Positions 10,001-18,100 of a stretch of DNA of 64,000 nucleotides are shown here, piece after piece. Each line of letters starts with the position of its first letter. Position 1 is the stretch's first letter. The notes beneath the pieces are model-generated. The model ran no database searches and was not told where the DNA came from. It worked only from the letters and a program-made list of their open reading frames with translations. Both the position numbers and the translations under genes were made by a program. This DNA is from Candidatus Aquitaenariimonas noxiae (GTDB taxonomy: Bacteria > Omnitrophota > Gorgyraeia > Aquitaenariimonadales > Aquitaenariimonadaceae). Location of the stretch: the NCBI GenBank assembly GCA_002780005.1, contig PEWV01000025.1, positions 25,150 through 89,149 of the forward strand, given 5' to 3'.

Positions 10001-11595
10001 GCAGGCTGGGTTGTCCTGTCAGATGCCGAGACAATCCCGGTATCGGGAAGCTGGGCCTGGCTAGCCTTAAGCATTGCTCGGGCCTGGGCCACCTGGGCAG
10101 TTACAACTTGGGGATCAGCAACAAATCTGGGATTAAGACCAAATGCAGACTGTTTTTCTTCACGCATACCCAAAAATGCGAGGTATCGCCCTATTGCATA
10201 ATAATTTGGCTTTTCTTCATATCTGAGATGTTCCCTGTGAAAATCCCTTACATGGCCTAGGTACGGCCGATCAAAGCTCAGCATATCTCTTTTAAGGAAA
10301 AATCTCATAGCAAGACTATAGGTGCCATCCTGGCTGTCTCGATCCTTTCTATTTACCAGCTCTTCAACGAGAAGCATGGCTGCCTCTAGATGAGTAGCTT
10401 TTATCTTATGTGTCGCCGCATAATCAAGAATAAACTGTTTCAGCGCCTTCCTTGCGATCAAGGTCGCTACCATCTCGCTATTTACTTCAGGAAGAACGGC
10501 TTCGCCCCTTGCCTGCATGATCAAACGCATCTGGTGAAGTTTCAATTCAACCAGTTCGTGTATTATCTCGTGCTCTATAAATAAGGAGGCGGCTGCCTTG
10601 AGAATTTCAGGATCGCTGGCTGCTTCAATTAAATCCGTCGAAAACCAATCATATATCTCTCTAGTCTCTTCGTATCCGCTCGTCCGCATATCATCAAAAT
10701 AGGAAAGCACAGAATCTACTGTATTTGTTGGAATATGTTCGCCTCCTGCTATTCCTGATAATTCATCCAATACATCTTTTAAATGTTTATTCACAATTAT
10801 GCGCTGGCGTGTAATATCGGCATTATTATTTAAAGGGTCTGTAACAGAAACAGCCGTAACATTCATGCCTTCTCCCCAGACTACATCAAGACTAGCTCCA
10901 TCAGCGTAATAATCTGCATATACAGCATTCTCCCCCCGGTCTCTCGATACTAAAATATCCCACATAAGCCCGACCGATGAACGTAAATACATGAAATCCA
11001 GATCTACAGCCAATACCGCATCCAGTTTTCTGTGAATTTCGGCAACTATTTCCTGCTCGACGGGTTCATCGGTTTCTCTAAATCTTAAATTTGCTTTTTC
11101 ACCGCCTGTTTCATAACCTCTTTGAGAACCTGATGCTTCGGCATGACCTGTATCTTCTTCCGCATAGGCCTGAACGGGCCTAAATATATGTTTTCCGTCT
11201 GCGTCATAACCTATAAGGTATACCCCACCGCCTAAATCTGGATGCAGTGTAACTTTGAAACAGTACCCTTCTCCCGGTACTATCTCAATACCCTGCAACT
11301 TATCAGCATTTTCACCTACATAGGCACTAAGCTGCTCTAATGCCTGGGCTTGAGGGACTCCTTTGTCATGCTGAGTCTTTACTATCTCGCAAAGGATAGC
11401 GACCGAACTATACGCAAGAGGCCTGTCTCCTAATGCTTCTACAATTTCGTCAGGGCAGAATGTGGTAGGCTGTTTTAGGCAAAAAGCTGTCTCCGGGTGC
11501 GAAACCCCTGCGAAGCTTATATTCTGGCAAAGGAATATCCAGCTTGTTATTAAAGCTACTATTTGTATAAGTTTTTTCTTTCTCATGCGAATCAT
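508..11595 (-). CDS. giant (3695 aa) secreted multidomain protein with PCMT-like methyltransferase, five beta-rich repeats, HD phosphohydrolase, wHTH-like module, HxGH nucleotidyltransferase, HAD-like hydrolase and the conserved C-terminal module
   Basis: Uninterrupted 11,088-nt ORF with ATG at 11593-11595 and TAA at 508-510. N-terminal Sec-like signal peptide (LIQIVALITSWIFLCQNISFA|GVS). Motifs read directly: HEIIH (aa ~342), VILEIGTGSGWQAAILG (aa ~758-775), LHDADRFF (aa ~2230), GDPPHWGHLAV (aa ~2631-2641), KIFIITNT and VFIDDVEDY (aa ~3397-3465). No obvious TM helix after the signal peptide. Confidence 0.85.
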   Translation of the reverse strand: MIRMRKKKLIQIVALITSWIFLCQNISFAGVSHPETAFCLKQPTTFCPDEIVEALGDRPLAYSSVAILCEIVKTQHDKGVPQAQALEQLSAYVGENADKLQGIEIVPGEGYCFKVTLHPDLGGGVYLIGYDADGKHIFRPVQAYAEEDTGHAEASGSQRGYETGGEKANLRFRETDEPVEQEIVAEIHRKLDAVLAVDLDFMYLRSSVGLMWDILVSRDRGENAVYADYYADGASLDVVWGEGMNVTAVSVTDPLNNNADITRQRIIVNKHLKDVLDELSGIAGGEHIPTNTVDSVLSYFDDMRTSGYEETREIYDWFSTDLIEAASDPEILKAAASLFIEHEIIHELVELKLHQMRLIMQARGEAVLPEVNSEMVATLIARKALKQFILDYAATHKIKATHLEAAMLLVEELVNRKDRDSQDGTYSLAMRFFLKRDMLSFDRPYLGHVRDFHREHLRYEEKPNYYAIGRYLAFLGMREEKQSAFGLNPRFVADPQVVTAQVAQARAMLKASQAQLPDTGIVSASDRTTQPAEKGPGGEAAKAEEAVRNLIQNIETLSADIGDAGIPQIRALLTLISRVLQDLRGIKIEGLNRWSGEAFLSCMSTLTVGFNAARGILVRRGGEHTLPLISRIDSMSRDITSLQDSVTHLPAFGLVSEAVTHKLMASRDMTEEELQSKEAMLYASIKEELLKRNHREDIVRDVINAMMENRRHNFIPPGLIASAYESSPLPGQAISSPIMVAEMTALLIENIPDYRNAVILEIGTGSGWQAAILGSLVKEVYTVETLERLAKDAHKNITRAGRNNVHVIVGDGSAPLFREEMSFDGIMVTAGAPRLPAALRDELKDGGAIVIPITGKTGRGTLNLIQKRAKEDESGEETVMLAREIMEYRFVPLLGMEGQATGPADTAGGYILKGEIALEELQSIIENGDIEPFNFRHTNIPLNNLRRFIRARLKGLLSEDEINGIMMTLIPKNMYEFGSVIITSRDIPPEEDNFVLGFNSHAPLLRNISMNGERLGGQRVMLGYAADFVRYLSHVESYSSGETKTSLVAEYLLHEALESFYDHEACREIQKKAFPENYQGPYENEGLLRECIRSYINQQLGLAERRANLKLSAHEGKLTRGEFSVFEETTGGEVGFPERFDYEAYAAELERFVYLQIINPWQASSILRTMADYSGPEPGRYAQELVENAARTRGRGKLDREWEEFTQRHGNRLPPLLLPGQKIWHLHYGEGRIISVEGKGEERVLTINFGAGEKKLILAHARNYIQGLRQNSFATQDLSQAINERRAKARVYSLDELMQAMEHGERVIVPDGREVFNTRWGQIDLKNLNNLELYTGRQSGFYLARDIELAVERGYIRLGRAQILASPKICERLSREVRSRLGIQIQQVGWIKFWDLKDMLEAAPASYRGVAGMIEVAKTVHVSNLADMYRIFGEPEFISEYGWHDIRCTVERLDRLEALLAQVPANFTGRQGQLEMTRRLDINKPGELYALVPYLEAKYNLTLGWIDTEFTTSQMEAVTAAPDMTLYMDAVTVPTVATAPTVQSILSAPEEERLVLAQALLSSRKKLFANSDQFTIEQLATLDDGVVITGNNLKPQGELGIGGVDVFRFGNYPGHKVQFEVLQGHPYRVWIFDDSDKLVEFIQLGTIYRPDGTLVKTFHGKIEKPEFAKLNNVEIRDHYVKEDGTLTIGGRNVKMGEGYKYHQAVIEVREGQIWEVTLVNEETGERTPRPFCLVYDKKSGKLVDSFLRNLSSTRFKEYDGVTIRGLRLDKFGNLAVGAKKKPIPHFSKHKSKKVELDVIQGQYDRVRIYDEEDNLLEDHEFALMYDEKGELFNSFWDTLAEGTYLSLKNVTIKRFKLNKAGVINLGGPAGQGAVVFSQYPIDKYPDHRGALTVVENGIVSRATLLDGAGNIVEGQDRRYSLVYDPEGNLKASFFRVDTIDDLKEFGTCTIKHFWLNDVSGGLHLGKHWAAFTNYKGHEVEIDLIDGVVTQVRILGAGREVLDTCNFALIYNAEGQLVDSFWEMLSPEKLAELKDHIIKRVRLGAMATKDIGGKVGPGGKTSRIKVPGHANEEIIIIVKNGEVSEVQDKAGNHLDATITAAIEGEAEVPEGAPEVTIEGIYAVQSTIGVGLDGVKYEEAFADPANKEDSDAQLVKLREEIEEKVSAREERIVTGDEAVSEVEWLLGRLCEITNCSDPLFRANMSPHMQALPDVVRRLAAEPSPELLIASMLHDADRFFDGYYVAIKDEPPVDSPRHQNYYKPIQHPRMAADFARSLLELLGIDPRLIANVDLLIRNHEKGIRKDTMPEPLPAQEATLAHLIEDSAVLRDADAMSFFTPVLFTNDLMDLRSKGREEEFSAEVHEKYNRVSDEARRIIDGLMEERHDEYLALEGGQDAYAIFAEVQSKFMQAKGPEGSPAEALRDLFGSRDTLRDKPITITSAINGTADVPKWRSENSKTGKPYARSTISNELRALERLGILQLIEPPRPGKSTQYRLSPLFFQIQDAETLNRICNIQIDNDRLLQHWSYDRAKLGKAADEIRKILGAAKTAPSILAPGIFDLDLELEGLIVAEPGRQKLAEIETTINALLTQIQGLIESGEIHPEISFDPDTNVISGALPDRPLRVGFYPIAGDPPHWGHLAVMLQSIVDLKLDKLIIISRGAPTYKSGLSSESVRFGLIEAMTSRLAPIVQFSPIGSKRDDTSVQYIPEILDVNPDIGVNAYYIGGDEYGDELWRRFEPLVTEQRLSPSHSIGVALISRQNHREELQKRLESVESVIPLATIQNPIDGLSSAALKEDMQQPGIPYFIRLLIQQYGFYGVAASGLPNICEAAFKVMESRRRVIKAERDAETGVSVEGRAGVESSAVTPTLEAKEVMDIFNAFENTYEASPQNCTCQTIEFGLINRTYRLVIKEEGIEYQYFVQKINSVFNVEAMDHNLQLLERLQNETVLPEDWDRLDFLNVKSACRSGVLTKLYRDADGAVWRVSKGIPGEIETYLTLEDIPERDLLTAIYNIGRSIAVIDNMYNSIESDQWMTPLPNMTSLKYHWSYLNSVLSGERVTLSLSQDSSRKVELQRDRMSGYEKRVSPLLDDLNARRYLPDNEVNIGTGIYNNDVRPKNAIFKRKPDTGELYVASWLDPDSTQPARLFNDLAIAIRTTTYMVVMNYGDINDDPQLLMSIVDYLADCIIDGYIELGQTNRIDRGLMKWYAYRYILEYYHTWCDRFLADFLVGDKYFELDPREPNDTNLTRAEMGMEFLKRFERILASQGIEVNDTSAFSALATQAESSRVAYEFPAPAAVNTVFFDAGNILLKVDYHRATRALAQYSDKTEDFIYQKILSDEILVPFESGQVTPEAYFQNLKKIFNLNMTFEEFMPIFSDIYEANQPVADMMAALKERGYKIFIITNTNPIHRDYMPSKYKDIFGIADGVIASCDVGCMKTDKRIFETALERAGVSADRAVFIDDVEDYVTTARSAGISGIQYHYRDGPVLYDALCRAFEGQSLAAEARSFVSSLRGLAKPAQEDGEEILVGIDTTIGNLGSYAPNLLKVLAELKDQEGLSNLVVIASDGTELSARVNSYIRDAEKAGKKVRVVSVVKESNRGKHMFDSLAGKAQIVSVDDSQVIEGESLNQYIPVTRIIELALKRLLNKPHEPIPYVAESEENGILKLILSVQEGAKPLTSDELRQRYDEEAEFIGKA
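1156..1713 (-). other. HAD-superfamily hydrolase-like domain in giant gene 1 (aa ~3295-3480)
   Basis: FFDAGNILLKV (motif I-like), KIFIITNT (motif II), K..IF (motif III Lys) and AVFIDDVEDY (motif IV) in canonical order. Confidence 0.45.
3196..3738 (-). other. cytidylyltransferase-like (HxGH) nucleotidyltransferase domain in giant gene 1 (aa ~2620-2800)
   Basis: VGFYPIAGDPPHWGHLAVM..LIIISRG resembles the NadD/TagD/CoaD G-x-F-x-P-x-H-x-G-H signature. Checked at 3681-3718. Confidence 0.5.
4696..4998 (-). other. HD-domain phosphohydrolase-like region in giant gene 1 (aa ~2200-2300)
   Basis: LIASMLHDADRFF..H..Y..IQHPR..RNHEKG with H...HD...H...H spacing. The HD codons were verified at 4900-4905. 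Confidence 0.5.
5416..6765 (-). repeat. five tandem ~90-aa protein repeats (beta-rich, unknown function) inside giant gene 1 (aa ~1611-2060)
   Basis: Recurring pattern hhxVxhxxG...VxIxD.....h......FxLhYD..GxLhxSFxxxL in segments starting NYPGHKVQFEVLQG, YHQAVIEVREGQ, KKVELDVIQGQY, HRGALTVVENG and GHEVEIDLIDG. Each ends near LVYD..G.L..SF. Confidence 0.6.
8926..9498 (-). other. protein-L-isoaspartate O-methyltransferase (PCMT)-like domain inside giant gene 1 (aa ~700-890)
   Basis: SAM-binding motif I ILEIGTGSGWQAAIL, followed by VHVIVGDG and FDGIMVTAGAP, in the order and spacing typical of Pcm-type class I methyltransferases. Coordinates were checked codon by codon against the DNA at 9361-9405. 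Confidence 0.6.
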
Positions 11596-11596
11596 T

Positions 11597-12136
11597 TTAC
11601 GCGTTTCCTATAAATTCTGCCTCTTCGTCATATCTTCTTCTTAATTCCTCTTCGCTCAAAGGTTGCGCAGGAGGCAGCATAATAAATTTCAATATTCCAT
11701 CCTCTTCCCTTTCTTCAACGTAAGGAATCGGCTCGTAAGGCTTATTTAAAACCCTCATTAAAGCGCATTCAACGATTCTTGTTATCGGAATAAATTGGTT
11801 GAGCGTTTTTCCGTCTTCGCTCATTATTCTCGTATCATCTACCGAGATAATCTGAGATTTGCCTTCTAGCGAATTAAACATGCGCTTGGCCCTATTGTCT
11901 TCCCGCACAATAGCTGCAGCCCTTACCTTCCTGCCTGCCCTTAAAGCATCTTCTAAGTATGCATTTAAATGCGCCGAGAGGACATTTCCTTCACCTGCAA
12001 TCACGGTTAAATTATCCAACCCTTCTTTTTGTCTAAGCTCAGTCAATATTGTAAGTAAATTCTGCGCATAATCCCCAAGATTGCCTATTTCCGTATCAAT
12101 GCCTACCAATAGCTCCTCGCCATTATCTTTAGCTTC
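11597..12136 (-). other. conserved C-terminal module, copy 2
   Basis: EELLVGIDTEIGNLGDYAQNLL..NLTVIAGEGNVLSAHLNAY..KVRAAAIVREDNRAKRMFNSL..QIISVDD..FIPITRIVECAL..KPYEPIPYVEEREEDGILKFIM..RRYDEEAEFIGNA*. Confidence 0.75.
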
Positions 12137-15100
12137 CTTGGCTAGTGCCCGTATATTCTCGACAAAACGTTCGGCTTGAATCCTACCCGGTTCTGCTTTC
12201 CCTTCAACTTGAGGCAATATAATCTTAAATGTAGTTCCTACTCCGGCTTCAGTATCAACATCCATATCTCCTCCGAAACTTAAGGCGAACTGGCGCGATG
12301 TAGCAAGGCCGTGGCCTTTTGATAAGATACCTGTGTCTTCCTTATCGCTGGAACCTCTCACAAAAATAGCTTTTGTTTCAGTTTGGGTCTCAGGATCCAA
12401 AACTTTTTCTAACATCTCGGGTTTTCTTATGCCGCCGGCATCATCTTCCACTTCTATTAAGACCTGGCCATTAGACGGCTTTAGCCTAACAGTGACCTTA
12501 TGCTCGGCTCCGGCTTCGACATACCTGGGTATATTGGTCAAGAGGTTGCTTAAAATACGCCTCAAGCCTCCGCGGCTTGCCTTCACAATAAGCCCTTCCT
12601 GGGGCTTCTCAAAATATATACGAATATTTTTATCGTGAAATTCCTTGCCTCTCGCTTGCAGGAAACCGCCAAGGAAGGCGCCTAGCTCTATATTTTCCAT
12701 TACATAACTATCCAGCATGTCAAGCCCTGATTCGGCAAACTCAAGCGCAGCCGCCGAGAAATCGCCTTCAAAGGATTCTCTGCATATCTCAAGAACAGAA
12801 GGATCTGTAATAGCATCCAGCCTGGTTGGGTTTTCTGTAAAATAAACTTTCACCGCGCCATATGCCTGCCTTAATTCATCGGCAAACGCCTTGCCGTCTT
12901 CTACGACTGCATTCCAATCACCTGTCTCGCGGCCGTGGTAATAAGGCCTTTTTCTCTCCTGCTGTGTAACTTTTATGCTGTCAAGCAGCGTATAAACTGC
13001 CATGAATTTTTCTTTTTCGCTCGCATCTGCATCCGGCCTTAGATTATCTTGCACATAAGCTAACCAGCCATAGAGCTCTGTCATCGGCTGCAGCACATCA
13101 TGAATAAAAGCGACCATCTTCACGGATTCCTCTGTTGGCTCAACAGTTACGGCCGGCTGTCCCAATGGGGCCTTCGCACCTTCTGCAGTTCCTTGAGTGT
13201 GCATAAGCTCGCTCCGTATAGACTGAAACACTGCAAGCGTCTCTACACCTTCCTTACTCTGCCTGAAGGTTTCTTCTCCCGCAGCCACAAAGGCATCTGC
13301 GCGAATCTTGTCTTCCGGAACAAGGCGCGCGTATTTATACCTTATCATAGCGTTGCCTTCGCCTTTTCCTTTGTCACGTTCGAGCAGAATATAGGAATTT
13401 ATTAGAAGTTCGGGTATAAATTGAGAAATAGAATCTGCTCTTTGCAGGAGATTCATATCCGAAGCTGCCTCCTGCTGGAATCCATTTTCCGCAGCCACTT
13501 CTTCTGTAATACCCGTCTCATGACGCAAGATAAGTATTTCAACGTCCCCTAAGACTTTATCGCTCACTCCTGCTTCTCTAAGCCACTTCAAGGCGAAATT
13601 CGCTGACAATCTCGGATGCTGATTTGATTTGTAATGCAAGTATTGAGGGGTACCGCCTTTAAAGCCATCGGACGGGTGCACGTAATAACCCTCAAAAAAT
13701 CTGTCAATATCGTGGAACAATCCGGCAATAAGAGCTGCCGGATCAGCTGAAGGATCAATCTCCCTGATGATCCCTGGTATAGATCTCATGTGTGGCGGCA
13801 TATTCCTAATAAAAAGTTCGTCTCTGCAGTTTTTATTGGCGTCCATCCAATCGAAAAGCCATTGGGCTTTTTCGGGATCTGTCATCTTATTTAAATTTGT
13901 TCGGTTTTCTTCAATAGCCGTTCGTAACCTTCCCAGTATCTCATCGGATTCTTGCCGATGTGTTATATCTATTGGTGCTGTGCACCTCATATGTTCCGTA
14001 ATTTTGTCTCTGGCCATAGCCAGCCTACTTTCACTATACGTACAGTGCTGCATTACATAATCGCCTTCTACGTCTATATCGCAGATTCTATCCACAAGTT
14101 CTTCGTCCTGTATCTGGAAAAATATATTAGTAAGATAATATACGTTTGGTTTCCCGCGAACCGGCTCTCTGGGCTCGCTGTCAGGTGCATCCTTTATTGC
14201 AAGAAAACCTAAGCGGCGAAGAGCTTCGAGCTCATTCGCTATTACAACTCGCGCATAAGGCTTGCCTGTCCTTGTATTTTCCCGTCTCCATTCACCTTGC
14301 GCGCTTCGTACGGTTATTGGGTTAATCCCTATCTGACTCCTGTGAGCGAATAAATCGCACAGGGCTTCTGCAGGCGAGCCCTTAGGCGAAGCTAGGCCGG
14401 AAAATGCTGTAGTTACGCCATGCCACCCTTTCTTCGACTCAGCTGTTATTACGGGTGCCGGTTGGGTTGTAGTAGAAGAATCCGGAAGAGTACTCTGACC
14501 TAAAATTTTGTCAACCATTTGCCGCAAAGCATGCACTTCTTCTGCCTGTAATTTGCTCACCTCATCATAATGTCTCAAAGGCTGACTGCTTAGCCTAGAC
14601 GACCTCTGTAAGGACGGAGCATCGATCCGAATATTACAAAGCCGGTTAACAAGATAACGCGGCATTTTTCCCTTCAACTCTTTCCTCAGACTTATCTTAT
14701 GCGTTGACGAGTTTCTATCTATATTGACTATTCCTGCCTCCTCTAGATTTGCTATTTCAATTCTGACCGTTTCGTAACTGAAAACCCCCTCGCCGAAATT
14801 CTCCTGGTTCTTAAAACGCAATTGTTGCAATTCGCTGATCGTTAAAGCTCCTCCGCTTTTAAACCTGGTTGCCAAAACTTGTAGCTCAGGAGTAGGCCAA
14901 TCTTTGGTCAAAAGAATAGACTTCAAAAATTCAGCCGGCGAACCTTGCGGATACGTACGGTGTGCGGCTGCATAAGGCGGTTTGGATTCAACATTAATAA
15001 TATAAGAGTAAAGATTACCCCAATAGGCTTTGACTACAATATGGTAGATAAGATAGTCTTCGACCTTCATACCTAAAAGATCTTCTAATTCTACCAGACC

Positions 15101-18100
15101 TACTGAGCCGAAGAATATGATCTGTCCGCCTGGTTTTAAAACCCTTAAGACCTCTTGCCATGCGGATACGATAAATTCTTCACTTTGTCCTACAAAAACA
15201 TCGGATAAAAGTAAAATTTTGTCTACGCTACTATCATTTAGCGGAATGCCCCTCAAGGGAATATTTTCTGGGTTGCTCCTAAAATCTCTCTGCAGAAAAC
15301 GAATATTAGATTGTCCCGGAATAGACGCATCTGCATAAGCAATAGCCCTTTTTAAATTCTCAGACCGTGCATCTATCCCGTAAACCATTACTTCGGGATT
15401 ATTCCTTGCGATGTCAACTGAGTCTTCTCCGCCACCGCATCCTAAATCCAGCACCACTTCCCCGCTTCTAAATGCTACTCTCTCCAGAAGAGCTCTTTTC
15501 TTATCGATTATGTTGGCTGCGCGTTCCATTGATGGATCGCTTCTTCGCCACGGATATCCTATTACGACCCCATCTATCTGCGGTACTATATCTTGTTCAT
15601 CTTTTTTCCCATTCTTAAAAGCCTCACTTATTAATCCGACAATATCGCGATGAAGCTGGGCATATTCTTCTCCCATCTCACGTCCGGTCAATGTCAGATA
15701 ACTCCACAATTGCCAGAGTTCTATAGGCGTTAAAACGGCGCTGCTCCGCCAGGATTCAAGTAATCTTTCTGAATCTTCGATCTCCTGCGCCGTAAAGGTG
15801 CCATAATGCTCCAATATCTGCGCAACCTTATCGCCAAACTCCTCGAATCTTTCCTCTAAAAGTCTGGCCTGATTTGCTGATAAATAGGGGTGTAAAGCCC
15901 TCATCATTTCAGCTACCTCTTGTTCCACTTCTTCTGTTTCGCCGTTGGTAAGTTTCTTTTCTCTCGCGTGCCTAGCTTCATGACGAACCATCAAGGCTAT
16001 TACTCGGGTTAAATAGTTATATCTTCCGATATTATCCCGCACCTTCTCGCGTGCCCTATCGACCATAAGCTGCCGCATTAACGCTAAGGGGAGATAACCG
16101 TTTTGCTGCGCGGGAAATTCACCTTCTCTGAAATGGCCGCCCAGGCCTCTTCCGGCATGACCTATCACAAATCTTGCTACAGGATCCGCAACATCTTGCC
16201 ACAGGCAATAACTTCTGGCTTCGGGAGGAGAACGAGCGTCAGGGTCTAAAAGATATATATTTGTATCTTTCAAGTCTTCGGAGGCCTCAGCCTCTTCAGG
16301 AGTATCCTTATAATAATTTAATGTCAGCCCTCGCAAGTCAGCTAAGAGCTTGTTATCTTCCTGGGATTGTCTTGTTTCGCTTCCTTCGGTATCGCTTATA
16401 TAGCAACCCGGTTTTTCTCCGTCAAATATGCGTTCGAGCATAGGATTTGTGATATTATCGTGATCTTCTTCTCTAACGCCGGGTCCGGCTATGGTGGAAT
16501 GAGGTTTTAAAGGCCTGATGGGGCCTCCGAATAATCTATCGATTTGATCCTGGCTAAGGTTCCGCTGGGATCTATCCCTGCGCTCAAGATAAACCCTCCT
16601 GACACCTTCTCTTCTTAGCGCATTCGCATATGCGGTTTCTATGACGAGCCATCCTACCGTTGCTCTTCTTTCAAATTCATCCCAGTAGTGCGGTGTATCG
16701 CTATCCGGCTTCATGTTCGTCACAGGCCAGGCGATATTACCTTGCTCATCAATACGAGCAGGCCCGCAAATATAAAGATTACGATCAAAATAGCGATTTA
16801 ATAAATGGCGCGCTGTCAATCCGTCTCTCCGGTGCACTACCGGACGCAAGGCGCTAAGCCGGCGCAATGTATCTTCCCACAATTCCCTATCCCCTTTTCT
16901 TTGCCGGTCCCTGGCAACATTCTCCGCGTAAGCGGCAAAAGCCATATGTATGTCACGCCATACAATAAGAGCATCCGGCCGCCATTCTATTCTATACATG
17001 ATCGCATCGTGCACGGATGACACTCTTTCTTCAACAAAATCACGTAGCTTTCTATGTGTCTTGCGCCATTTGCCGCTTCTTATATCTCCAATAACATCTG
17101 ACATCAGGAAATAGGTCTCATAATCAATAAAACAATGCGATAAGATGCCGCGCCTTATGCCCCGCACTATGCGAATAGGGTTACTCAAAAACCATACTAG
17201 AAGGATTAGAAACACATCTTTAATAATTGTGGTAAAAATAATCATCATTCTTTGGATGTTGTATGCCTTCTGCACATACTCGAATTTATCAAGGAATGTC
17301 ACATGGTATCCGGCCCTTTCTTTGCCCTCCATCGCGCGGTTAAAGGCGCGTTTCTCAATATCTATCAATTTAAACATGGTTATGTTGTCGAGGATCTTTT
17401 CGCTTATCCAATTATCATAGTAAGGCCATAATTCCCGATAGTGGGCGGTTTCGTGCTCTATAACACTGTAAATGTTGGCCACGCTCGAGGTATCTAGATC
17501 TTCTTCGGTAAGCTCTTGCACTTCTTCTATTGGGATATCAACCTTGCCAGCGCGCACAGCATTCTCTATCGCTTGCCTGCTATACTCGACGGGATTTATG
17601 TTATACCGCACACCAGCCCCTCCTGGAGCGAAAGTATAGGCGTAGCCTCTGTTCATTCTTCCTGTATAACCCGCCACCCATGGAGGAGTTGCCCCGTCCC
17701 GGTAAATCGGAACATCATTCGCTTCCATCCAACTGAACATCTCGGGATCGAGTTCTCTCATAGCCATAAGGGCTGTGCGCAATTTAGGCCCATATAAGAA
17801 TCCTTGGCCATCTCTTTTATCAATATAGCGGCTTCCTGACCTCATCTCATTACCCATTCTATACCAGTCCGGCCTTCTAATTGTCCGACGTGCTTTTGCG
17901 CGGTCGGCATTTTCAGGGATTTTATATCTAATAGCCCTATCATTAGCTGCGCCTAACTCCTGCTGCACTCTTACATACTGAGGAATGAAAATCGTCACTA
18001 ATAAAAGAATAACTAATAAGGCACGCTGAAGGATCGTAATTTCTCTACCGGACCGTAGCTGCTTAAGCATAGCTCCCGCTGAAAAACTGACCATAGCTCC

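Noticed and set aside
11597-12136. C-terminal module as a CheY-like receiver domain that would make giant protein 2 a hybrid histidine kinase
   Set aside because: The alternating beta-alpha pattern is receiver-like, but the expected acidic pair after beta1, the phospho-Asp at the end of beta3 and the Lys after beta5 are not convincingly present. The same module also ends paralogs that have no kinase core.
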